DNA of 24,000 nt from Aeromonas aquatica (GCF_000764655.1 NZ_JRGL01000101.1:65262-89261); one strand, 5' to 3'; shown: positions 8,014 to 15,998, counted from the first letter of the stretch. Notes: generated by a model from the sequence alone, not told the origin. Program-made: numbers and translations.

Positions 8014-10593
8014 GTGATTGCCAGCGTTCTCCCGTTATCCATGTCCTTCCCCCGTATCCATGCCTGGCGCCATCTTCGCGAATGCTGGTGGCTGCCCTTG
8101 CTTTGCTGGGGCTCCCTGACCATGGCGGATGAGACCGCACCCGGCCCGGCGGCGACCGGGGTTGATACCACCGCCACGGATGTCGAGTTTGACAGCCGGT
8201 TGCTCGACAGCCTGGGGGTGAACATCGATCTTGCCCGCTTCGCCCGCGCCGATTTCGTCCCTCTTGGCCTCTATCAACTCGAGATCACCATCAACGGCAA
8301 GGAGCGGATGAGCCAGCAAGTAGAGGTACGAGCGGGGACCGATCCCAAGGTGCCCCGATTTTGCTTCAAACCGGGCCAAGTGACGCAGTGGGGCCTGCTC
8401 GTCGACAAATTGCCCAATCAACCATCGGCAAAACAACAGCTTGAAAGTGACTGCATCGAAGTGGCTTCCCTGGTGCCAGGGGCCAGTTTCGTCTTCGATC
8501 TGGCGAGCCTCAGCGGGGCACTCAGCCTGCCACAGGCGTATGTGGGTCAGGTCAGACGCGATTATGTCGGCCCGGATCAGTGGGTACAGGGGATCGATGC
8601 GGCCTTCGTCGGCTATAACGCCAACCTCTATTACAGTGAGCAGGACGGGGTCGACGAGCCGTTCAGCAACAGCGTCAACCTCAATACCGGTATCAACCTG
8701 GGGGCCTGGCGCCTGCGTCACAATGGCTCTTATCAGGGCAATGACGGCGGCAGTTATCAGCCCCTCAACAGCTATGTCCAGCGCGATGTCACAGGGCAGA
8801 CAGCCCAGCTAAGTCTGGGGGAGTATTTCACCCCGGGGGACAGCTTCGACAGCGTGCCCTTTACCGGCGTGCAGCTGGCCAGCGACGATGCCATGCTGCC
8901 CGATTTTGAGCGGGGCTTTGCCCCCGTGGTGCGTGGCGTCGCCCAGAGCAATGCCAGAGTCAGCATTCGCCAGGGCAGTGCCCTCATCTATGAGACCCAG
9001 GTCGCCCCCGGCGCCTTTGCCATCGACGATCTCTATGCCACCAGCTTCGCCGGGGATCTGGATGTGACCATCACGGAGGCGGATGGCAGTGCCCGCAGCT
9101 TCACCCTGCCATTTTCTTCCGTGGTACAGATGCTGCGAGACGACACCTCCCGCTTCAGTCTGACCCTTGGCCGTTATCGAAACGAGTCTGGTCCCGATGG
9201 CCCGGATTTTCTGCAAGGCACCTATCGCCGCGGCTTCTCCAACACCCTGACCCTGTATGGCGGCACCATAGCCGCCGAAGATTATGCAGCCCTGCTGGGC
9301 GGCGCCGCAGTGGGCTCGGACTACGGCGCCCTGGCCCTCGACATCACCGGCTCCTGGGCGCGGGATCTGCCCGCCATGTCCGACCTGCCCTCGTCACTCT
9401 CCGGGCAGAGCTACCGCCTCACTTACAGCAAGCAGATGGATGTGACCCAGACCTACTTCACCCTGGCAGCCTACCGTTTCTCCAGCGAGGGCTACCTGGA
9501 TTTGAGCGATGTGGCCGCCGTGCAGTCGCAGACCTTCGATCAGTTGCAGCGCGAGCGCAATCGCTTCCAGCTCAACATCAACCAGCCCATAGGGGAGTGG
9601 GGGGATATCTACTTCAACGGCATCAGCCGCGACTATTGGGGTGGCCAGACCGAGAGCAGCAGTTTCCAGCTCGGATACAACCGGGGCTTTGACTGGGGCA
9701 GCCTGACGCTCTCGGCCAGCCACTCTCTCGACGACGGGGTCGGCGATCAATACATGTTGAGTCTCAGCATTCCCATCGGGAACCGGCTCGGAGCCCCACG
9801 GCTGAGCAGTACTCTCTCCTATCAGGAAGGACAGGGATACAGCGCCAGACTGGATCTCAACGGGGGGGCCCGGGATGGCCGCTTCTATTACGGGCTCTAT
9901 GGCAGTCAGAGCCGGGGCGGTGGTATGGGTTATCAGGGCTATGGTGCCAACCTGCAGTATCAGACGGCGGCCACCCAGCTCGGCCTGTCAACCAGTCAGG
10001 GAGACGGCTACTCCCAGTATGTGGCCTCGGCCAAGGGCACCCTGCTGGTGCATGAAGACGGCTGGGTGCTGGGGCAGACACAAGGTGAGACGATGGCGCT
10101 GGTGGAGGCCAAGGGCGCCCAGGGGGCCAGGGTCAGCCACGGCATCGGCAGCGAGGTGGACGGGGATGGTTACGCCGTGCTGGCCGGTCTCAACCCCTAT
10201 CGCACCAACGTGATCGGCCTGGATCCGAGCGGCTTGCCGCTGGACGTGGAGATAGACGGCAGCGCCCAGATGGTGGCCCCCCGTCGGGGAGCCATCGTCA
10301 AGCTGGCGTACGAGACCCACATCGGCCAGCCGTTGCTGCTCAAGGTGCAGCGTTCCGATGGCAGCGCTCCGCCTTTTGGTGCCGAGGTGATGGATGGTAC
10401 GGGCGATTCGGTGGCCGTGGTCGGGCAGGGGGGGCTCATCTTCGTGCGTGGCGAGCAGTCCGTACTGCATGTTCAGTGGGGCAAGGAGCCCGATCAACAG
10501 TGTCGGCTGGACTATCGGGTGCCGAAGCCTGATCCGGCCGTGCCTTATCAGCAGGTGTCCGCACGTTGTGTCACGACGGGGGGAGGATCATGA
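8014..10593 (+). CDS. Fimbrial outer-membrane usher (FimD/PapC family)
   Basis: 859 aa. The GTG start is preceded by GGAGG (8003-8007) at 6-nt spacing. The N-terminal block VEFDSRLLDSLGVNIDLARF is followed by a long Gly/Tyr/Ser-rich beta-barrel region. The C-terminal Cys pair (QQCRLDY...VSARC) is typical of usher C-domains. Confidence 0.9.
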   Translation: MIASVLPLSMSFPRIHAWRHLRECWWLPLLCWGSLTMADETAPGPAATGVDTTATDVEFDSRLLDSLGVNIDLARFARADFVPLGLYQLEITINGKERMSQQVEVRAGTDPKVPRFCFKPGQVTQWGLLVDKLPNQPSAKQQLESDCIEVASLVPGASFVFDLASLSGALSLPQAYVGQVRRDYVGPDQWVQGIDAAFVGYNANLYYSEQDGVDEPFSNSVNLNTGINLGAWRLRHNGSYQGNDGGSYQPLNSYVQRDVTGQTAQLSLGEYFTPGDSFDSVPFTGVQLASDDAMLPDFERGFAPVVRGVAQSNARVSIRQGSALIYETQVAPGAFAIDDLYATSFAGDLDVTITEADGSARSFTLPFSSVVQMLRDDTSRFSLTLGRYRNESGPDGPDFLQGTYRRGFSNTLTLYGGTIAAEDYAALLGGAAVGSDYGALALDITGSWARDLPAMSDLPSSLSGQSYRLTYSKQMDVTQTYFTLAAYRFSSEGYLDLSDVAAVQSQTFDQLQRERNRFQLNINQPIGEWGDIYFNGISRDYWGGQTESSSFQLGYNRGFDWGSLTLSASHSLDDGVGDQYMLSLSIPIGNRLGAPRLSSTLSYQEGQGYSARLDLNGGARDGRFYYGLYGSQSRGGGMGYQGYGANLQYQTAATQLGLSTSQGDGYSQYVASAKGTLLVHEDGWVLGQTQGETMALVEAKGAQGARVSHGIGSEVDGDGYAVLAGLNPYRTNVIGLDPSGLPLDVEIDGSAQMVAPRRGAIVKLAYETHIGQPLLLKVQRSDGSAPPFGAEVMDGTGDSVAVVGQGGLIFVRGEQSVLHVQWGKEPDQQCRLDYRVPKPDPAVPYQQVSARCVTTGGGS

Positions 10594-11318
10594 GAGGTTG
10601 CTGGTGCTGTGGTCTTGTCCTGGGTGCCTTGCTGTGGGGGCAGAACACGGAGGCCGCGCTCAACCTGCTGCGTACCCGGTTGATCTATGAGGGGGGTGGG
10701 GAGGCGAGCCTGATGGTTCACAACGGAGGGGCCGAGCCCAGCTTGTTGCAGGCCTGGGTCGATGGGGGGAACGAACACCAGGGGCCGGCCGAGGTCTCGA
10801 CCCCCTTTCTGGTGGTGCCGCCCATGATCCGGCTCGGGCCGGACAAGGGGCAGACGCTGCGTATCCTGGGGGCGGATTTGAACCAACTGCCCAAGGACAG
10901 GGAATCCCTGTTCTGGCTCAATGTGCTCGGGCTCCCCCCCAAGGCGAGCAGCTCAGAGGCCAGCGTGCAGCTCGCCTACCGTACCCGCATCAAGCTGTTT
11001 TACCGCCCGGCCGGCTTGCAGGGGGCGGTGGCGGAGGCGGTGACCCGACTTCGCTGGCAGGCACAGGCACAAGGGCTGAGCGTCAGCAACCCGAGCCCCT
11101 TTCATATCAGCCTGAGCGAAGTGCTGCTCGAGGCGGGGACAAAGAAGGTCAGCTGGCAACAGGGGGGGCTTATCCCACCCTATGGCATGCTGCAAATACC
11201 CATCCAGGTGGTCGAAACGACTGGTGGAAAGGGGAGGATGCGCTGGATAGATGATGATGGTAACTATCACGAGCAGGGGTTTGTGCTTGGCAAGCAGGGA
11301 GGCAACACCCATGACTGA
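10590..11318 (+). CDS. Periplasmic fimbrial chaperone (PapD-like), copy 2
   Basis: The ATG at 10590 overlaps the usher stop (ATGA). The signal peptide is MRGCWCCGLVLGALLWGQNTEA. The sequence then reads RTRLIYEGGGEASLMVHNGG...ESLFWLNVLGLPPKA...AYRTRIKLFYRP, a paralogue of the first chaperone. Confidence 0.85.
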   Translation: MRGCWCCGLVLGALLWGQNTEAALNLLRTRLIYEGGGEASLMVHNGGAEPSLLQAWVDGGNEHQGPAEVSTPFLVVPPMIRLGPDKGQTLRILGADLNQLPKDRESLFWLNVLGLPPKASSSEASVQLAYRTRIKLFYRPAGLQGAVAEAVTRLRWQAQAQGLSVSNPSPFHISLSEVLLEAGTKKVSWQQGGLIPPYGMLQIPIQVVETTGGKGRMRWIDDDGNYHEQGFVLGKQGGNTHD

Positions 11319-12354
11319 ACAAACGGGGCATTATTGGCCGGGTAGGCCGATCCTCTGGGTGCTGGGAGTCTTGCTGCTGAGTTATCTGCTGTGGCAGCCC
11401 GGCGCCCATGCCGTCAATGGCCAATGCACCAGCCCCTTCGTGGCGACCGGGCCCATTACCGCCACCAGTACCCTCTATCAGCCCGGTGCGACCAGCGGTC
11501 CCACCGCCTTCTCGACTACCAGCTCGGCTACCTGTGATTGTGTCGGGATTTCGGTGGGGTTGTTGGTGACTGTCTATTATCAGGGCTCCACCAGCCTGCC
11601 TACCGTCGCGGATCCTTCGGGGACCCTCATCAAGCTCAACTCCTATTTTGGCCTCAAGGCCGAATTCAATGCGGCTGGCAGTTATCAGACGGTACCGTTC
11701 AATGCGACCTCGAGCGGGTTGCTGAGCCTCTGCATCGGTAACGTGGTGAATCTGGCGTTGGGTGGGATCAACGTGACTGGCGGCCGCTATACCCTGAAAC
11801 TGCTCAAGGGGGTGACGGGCACCCAAACCTTCAACGGTACCGTCGCCTATCTGTTCGTAAGACGTTCCAACCTGCCCGACACCAGCCCGGCCAATGCCTT
11901 CAGCACATTGGCGATGAACATCAGCGTTACTTCGACCCCGACTTGCCAGTTTCCGGCCGGTACCAGCATTCCCATCGATCTCGGGGCCGTGGCCCAGAGT
12001 GCTTTCGTCGAGGGAGAGGTACCCAGAGGCTATGCTCCGCGTAGCGTCAATGTGAGCGTCACTTGCAGCCAGATCCCGAGTGACTACGTGGTGCCGCTCA
12101 GCTATAGCTTCGGGGGGGCGCTCAGCAGCCAGAATCGTTTCATCACCACCAGTCTGGCCGGGGTCGGGGTCGGAATGCTCGAGCAGGACACCCAGACCGC
12201 TATTCCATTTGATACTGCCATCGCGGTACCCTATTTAGCCGCCACCAATAACACCAACTACAAGGTGAGGCTCTATCCGACCCGGTTGCCGGGTCAGGTG
12301 GTGCGCACCGGCGCTTACACTGGCACCATCATGGTCACGGTGAGCGTGCCCTGA
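11311..12354 (+). CDS. Two-domain fimbrial tip adhesin candidate (N-terminal receptor-binding domain plus C-terminal pilin domain)
   Basis: The ATG at 11311 overlaps the chaperone-2 stop by 8 nt. The signal peptide ends ...LWQPGAHA. At 347 aa it is about twice pilin size. The C-terminal ~150 aa looks like a pilin domain, with a Cys pair (TPTCQF...VSVTCS) and a terminal strand GAYTGTIMVTVSVP. I do not recognise the N-terminal ~190 aa. Confidence 0.65.
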   Translation: MTEQTGHYWPGRPILWVLGVLLLSYLLWQPGAHAVNGQCTSPFVATGPITATSTLYQPGATSGPTAFSTTSSATCDCVGISVGLLVTVYYQGSTSLPTVADPSGTLIKLNSYFGLKAEFNAAGSYQTVPFNATSSGLLSLCIGNVVNLALGGINVTGGRYTLKLLKGVTGTQTFNGTVAYLFVRRSNLPDTSPANAFSTLAMNISVTSTPTCQFPAGTSIPIDLGAVAQSAFVEGEVPRGYAPRSVNVSVTCSQIPSDYVVPLSYSFGGALSSQNRFITTSLAGVGVGMLEQDTQTAIPFDTAIAVPYLAATNNTNYKVRLYPTRLPGQVVRTGAYTGTIMVTVSVP

Positions 12355-12388
12355 TCGCGTGCCTTCCTGCTTTTTTTCAACGAGGTCG

Positions 12389-13174
12389 ATGATGAACAGT
12401 GACAACATCCTGCGTAGCGAACCCAGGCGCCACCCCATAGGGCGAGGCTGGGCCTGGGTCCGCACGGGATTCGATATCTTCAACAAGGGCATGGGTGTCA
12501 GTGTGGCCATGATAGTGCTCTGGTTCCTGGTGGGACTGGTGCTGGAACAGTTACCGGCGGGCGGTTTCATCTCCCAGCTGCTGTACATGGTGTGGGGCGC
12601 CGGCTGGGTGGCGGTGGCGGCGCGGGGCTACGGGGGCAACGCTCTGCAATTCTCCGATTTCTTCTCCGGTTTCCGTCACCGATTGACGCCTCTGATGCTG
12701 GGCGGGCTGATGGTGCTCTGCCTGTTCACGCTGATCCTGTTGATCTGCTTTGGCCTGCTGCATCTGTGGGATCTGACCGGCTTGCTGTCTCAGGATCCGG
12801 AAACCCTGACGGTGACACCCGAGCAGGCGCAGAGATTCCTGCTCTGCCTTTTGTTGGGGCTGGCATTGCTGGTGCCCGTGCTGATGGCCATCACCTTCGC
12901 CCCCGCCCTCATCTTCTTCCACGGTGTCGGGATCTGGCAGGCAGCCAGGCTGAGTTTCAAGGGCTGCCTGAGCAACATGTGGCCCTTCCTCTGGTGGGGG
13001 CTGCTGGGAGCCGTCCTGATACTGTTCGGTGCCCTCCTGTTTCTGGTCGGTCTGCTGGTGGTGCTGCCGGCCATCAACTACTCCATCTACGCGGCCTATC
13101 GCGACATCTATCTGGAAGAGCAGGAGTGCACAGACGCGCCGCCACCAGTCAAGGCGTTCGGCTTCGAGGCGTAA
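12389..13174 (+). CDS. Polytopic inner-membrane protein of unknown function (DUF2189/BPSS1780-like architecture)
   Basis: GAGG at 12382-12385 precedes a tandem ATG ATG at 12389/12392. The N-terminus PIGRGWAWVRTGFDIFNKG is followed by 5-6 long hydrophobic segments. The family assignment is only from recollection of the N-terminal pattern and overall topology. Confidence 0.6.
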   Translation: MMNSDNILRSEPRRHPIGRGWAWVRTGFDIFNKGMGVSVAMIVLWFLVGLVLEQLPAGGFISQLLYMVWGAGWVAVAARGYGGNALQFSDFFSGFRHRLTPLMLGGLMVLCLFTLILLICFGLLHLWDLTGLLSQDPETLTVTPEQAQRFLLCLLLGLALLVPVLMAITFAPALIFFHGVGIWQAARLSFKGCLSNMWPFLWWGLLGAVLILFGALLFLVGLLVVLPAINYSIYAAYRDIYLEEQECTDAPPPVKAFGFEA

Positions 13175-13187
13175 GCCAGCACAGCAT

Positions 13188-13213
13188 AAAAAGGGGCCCT
13201 CGGGCCCCTTTTT
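13188..13213. terminator. Bidirectional rho-independent terminator between the membrane-protein gene and the convergent LysR gene
   Basis: AAAAAGGGGCC-CTCG-GGCCCCTTTTT: a GC stem flanked by an A-run and a T-run. Confidence 0.85.
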
Positions 13214-13222
13214 ATTGCGCGC

Positions 13223-14125
13223 CTATTCGGTTTGCCACAGGGGATCGTCCGCCATGCGGGCGATGAGGAAGTCGAGGAAACTGCGCAGCAGGGGGGACAT
13301 CTGCTTGCGGGTGCCGTAGACGGCATAGACACCGAGCCGCTTGGGCCGCCACTGGGTCAGCAAGGGCACCAGGGCGCCGCTCTCCAGTTCCGCCTGCACC
13401 GAGTAGCGTGGTTGCAGGCTGATCCCCGCCCCATCCAGGGTCGCCGCCAGCAGCAGGTTGGAGATGTTGGCGCTGAGGTTGCCGCTCACCGGCACGGACT
13501 CGGGCCCATCAAGCCCCTGAAATTCCCACAGGCTCTTGCCGAAATAGGTGTAGGTGAGGCAGTTGTGCAGGGCCAGATCCTGCACCCGTTGCGGCGTCCC
13601 ATGACGAGCGAGATAGGCCGGGCTGGCACAGACCACGGAGTGGCAGGTGCCGAGACGGCGCGCCACCAGATTGGGATCCAGATCGTTGGTGATGCGCACC
13701 GCGAGATCGATCCGCTCCTCCACCAGGTTGACGGTTCTGTCCAGCAGCAGGATGTCGATGGCGGTGCCGGGGTAATGGGCCAGATAGTCGTTCGCGGCCT
13801 TGACCAGCAAGGCTTCCGAGAGGGAGTAGCTGCTGGTGATGCGCAATTGCCCCTTGGGGGCCTCGTCACTGCGGATGGCGAGCTGCTCCATCTCCTCCCC
13901 CAAAACCAGCATGGATCTTGCCCGGTTCAGCGCCTCTTCCCCCGGTCCGGTGAGGCTCAGCCGGCGGGTGGTGCGGTGCAGCAGGCGGGCGCCCATCCAG
14001 CGCTCCAGCTCCGCCAGATAGCGCGACACCATGGCGCGGGACATCTCCAGCTTGTCCCCGGCACCGCTCAGACTGCCCTGCTCGACCACAGCGACAAAGA
14101 CCCGCAGTGCCGTCAGTCGATCCAT
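13223..14125 (-). CDS. LysR-family transcriptional regulator
   Basis: 300 aa. The N-terminal winged-HTH reads MDRLTALRVFVAVVEQGSLSGAGDKLEMSRAMVSRYLAELERWMGARLLHRTTRRLSLT, followed by a LysR substrate-binding domain. It is divergent from the MBL-fold gene. Confidence 0.9.
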   Translation of the reverse strand: MDRLTALRVFVAVVEQGSLSGAGDKLEMSRAMVSRYLAELERWMGARLLHRTTRRLSLTGPGEEALNRARSMLVLGEEMEQLAIRSDEAPKGQLRITSSYSLSEALLVKAANDYLAHYPGTAIDILLLDRTVNLVEERIDLAVRITNDLDPNLVARRLGTCHSVVCASPAYLARHGTPQRVQDLALHNCLTYTYFGKSLWEFQGLDGPESVPVSGNLSANISNLLLAATLDGAGISLQPRYSVQAELESGALVPLLTQWRPKRLGVYAVYGTRKQMSPLLRSFLDFLIARMADDPLWQTE

Positions 14126-14163
14126 GTTCCGCCCTCCAATATGCTCGATTTGTGCAACAGTGA

Positions 14164-14192
14164 TGCGCTCATTATGCGGTATTTGCGCTCAT
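14164..14192. promoter_or_regulatory. Candidate LysR operator: TGCGCTCAT direct repeat (14164-14172 and 14184-14192) in the divergent intergenic region
   Basis: Two identical 9-mers lie exactly 20 bp apart (two helical turns). They sit 39 bp from the LysR start and 57 bp from the MBL-fold gene start. Function is inferred from position only. Confidence 0.25.
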
Positions 14193-14248
14193 AAAGTTCC
14201 AATAAACTGTGTTCATTCGATGACAAGCGACCTTATGAGGAATACCCG

Positions 14249-15106
14249 ATGAACACAGCACTTCGTACCCTGACCCTGGCCATCACCCTGCTCAGTGGCG
14301 CCGCCCTGGCGGGCCCGCTGACCGTGACCGTCTACAATCCCGGCGACAAGGCCATCTTCCCCGTATCCTCCGAGCTGGTGACCGGCGACAAGGAGGCCAT
14401 CCTGATCGACGCCCAGTTCGGGGTCAATGACGGCAAGGCCCTGGTGGATCTGATCAAGCAGAGCGGCAAGAAGCTGACCACCGTCTACATCAGCGGCGGG
14501 GATCCTGACTTCTACTTCGGGCTTGAGCCCATCAAGGCCGCCTTCCCCGAGGTCAAGATCCTGGCCAGCCAGCACGTGGTCGATCACATCAAGCAGACCA
14601 AGGATGCCAAACTGGCCTACTGGGGCCCCATCCTCGCCGAGCAGGCGCCCAAACAGTTGATAGTGCCAGAGGTAATGACAGCTTCCCAGCTGACCCTGGA
14701 AGGGAAGACGATCGAGATCAAGGCGATGAACACCCCGACTGCCTACCTCTGGGTTCCCTCCATCAAGACGGCGTTTGGCGGCGTGCCGGTATACAGCGGT
14801 ACTCACGTGTGGATGGCCGACAGCCAGACCAAGGCGGCGCGAGCGCTCTGGGTGCAGACCCTCAATGAGCTGCTGGCCCTGAAACCGGAGCGGGTCGTGC
14901 CGGGTCACTTCCTCGGGGCTGAACCCAAGGGTGCCGAGGCAGTCACCTTCACCCGCGACTATGTGCAGCGCTTCGAGCAGGTGCTGGCCAAGTCCAAGGG
15001 GTCGGCCGAGCTTATCGACGGCTTGAAGCAGGCCTTCCCGGCCCTGCCGGTCGACGACGGCCTAGCCATCGGTGCCAAGGTCAATACCGGCGAGATGAAG
15101 TGGTAA
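14249..15106 (+). CDS. Secreted MBL-fold (metallo-beta-lactamase superfamily) protein with a degenerate metal-binding motif
   Basis: Signal peptide MNTALRTLTLAITLLSGAALA. The MBL-like order of blocks is EAILIDAQF ... TTVYISGGDPDFYFG ... GTHVWMAD ... VVPGHF. The slot where H-x-H-x-D-H is expected reads G-G-D-P-D-F. Confidence 0.65.
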   Translation: MNTALRTLTLAITLLSGAALAGPLTVTVYNPGDKAIFPVSSELVTGDKEAILIDAQFGVNDGKALVDLIKQSGKKLTTVYISGGDPDFYFGLEPIKAAFPEVKILASQHVVDHIKQTKDAKLAYWGPILAEQAPKQLIVPEVMTASQLTLEGKTIEIKAMNTPTAYLWVPSIKTAFGGVPVYSGTHVWMADSQTKAARALWVQTLNELLALKPERVVPGHFLGAEPKGAEAVTFTRDYVQRFEQVLAKSKGSAELIDGLKQAFPALPVDDGLAIGAKVNTGEMKW

Positions 15107-15135
15107 TGGCCTGAGTCCAATTTCCTGTGTTTTTT

Positions 15136-15161
15136 ACCGGGCAGTCGCTGCCCGGTTTTTT
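15136..15161 (+). terminator. Rho-independent terminator after the MBL-fold gene
   Basis: ACCGGGCAG-TCG-CTGCCCGGT followed by TTTTT. Confidence 0.8.
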
Positions 15162-15187
15162 CAATTGATGGCGCCCGGAGCGAACCT

Positions 15188-15838
15188 ATGAACGAAACCA
15201 CCTTGCATTATGTGTACGACCCCCTCTGTGGCTGGTGCTATGGCGCGGCACCTCTGCTCGCGGCCGCGGCCGGGATCCCCGGCCTTGGGATCGCGCTGCA
15301 TGCCGGCGGCCTCTGGCTGGGCCCGCGTCGCCAGCCGATGGGAGAGGCGCTGCGCGACTATGTGCGACCCCACGACGAGCGGATCCAGGCCCTGACCGGC
15401 CAGCCGTTTGGGACACGCTACTTCGACGAGCTGCTGCTGAGCGAGGGCCTGTCCCTCGATTCCGAGCCGCCCATTCGCGCCATCCTGGCGATCGACGAGC
15501 TGGGGGGAGATGGCCTGACGCTGCTGCACCGCATCCAGCAGTGCCACTATCGCGATGGCCGTTGGGTGGGCTCCCTGGACAACCTGGGCGAACTCGCGGC
15601 GGAGCAGGGCATCACGAGAGGCGCGTTCGAGCTGGCCTGCCAGAGGGTGGATCTGGCCGGGCACCTAGCGGAGAGCCAGCGCTGGTTGCGCCGCCTCGGC
15701 GGTCAGGGGTTCCCGACCCTGGGGTTGATGCAAGGTGAGCGGATCACCCCGTTGCCGACCGCCTCCTTCCTCGGGGATCCGGCCGCCTTCGCCGCTCATC
15801 TCGCTCAGGCGATTGGGCAGGGGCACGCCTCGGCATGA
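15188..15838 (+). CDS. DsbA-like thioredoxin-fold protein (DSBA/FrnE-type), no signal peptide
   Basis: 216 aa. The N-terminus MNETTLHYVYDPLCGWCYG places the CxxC (C-G-W-C) motif at the start of the first helix, as in DsbA-family proteins. No hydrophobic leader is present. Confidence 0.75.
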   Translation: MNETTLHYVYDPLCGWCYGAAPLLAAAAGIPGLGIALHAGGLWLGPRRQPMGEALRDYVRPHDERIQALTGQPFGTRYFDELLLSEGLSLDSEPPIRAILAIDELGGDGLTLLHRIQQCHYRDGRWVGSLDNLGELAAEQGITRGAFELACQRVDLAGHLAESQRWLRRLGGQGFPTLGLMQGERITPLPTASFLGDPAAFAAHLAQAIGQGHASA

Positions 15839-15998
15839 GGGATCTGGTCTGAACAGTGCCTTTCAGAGCCATATTTGCTCATGCTTGGAGCCGTGCCGAT
15901 GATATAGGATGACGCAGCTAAAAATATCCATTTATGGATAGTCATCTTGTCGGGCGCCAATGTCCCGAATGTATCTCTTGTCGGCAAGGATCTTCACC

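Noticed and set aside
12371-12377. T7 run after the adhesin gene, considered as an intrinsic terminator
   Set aside because: I could not find a complementary GC-rich stem immediately upstream. The nearby GCGTGCC occurs as a direct repeat, not an inverted one.
15876-15902. GCCGATGA upstream of the MCP gene, considered as a sigma28 (FliA) -10 element
   Set aside because: It resembles GCCGATAA, but the expected TAAAGTTT-like -35 element at the correct ~11-nt spacing is absent (the sequence there is TGCTCATG).
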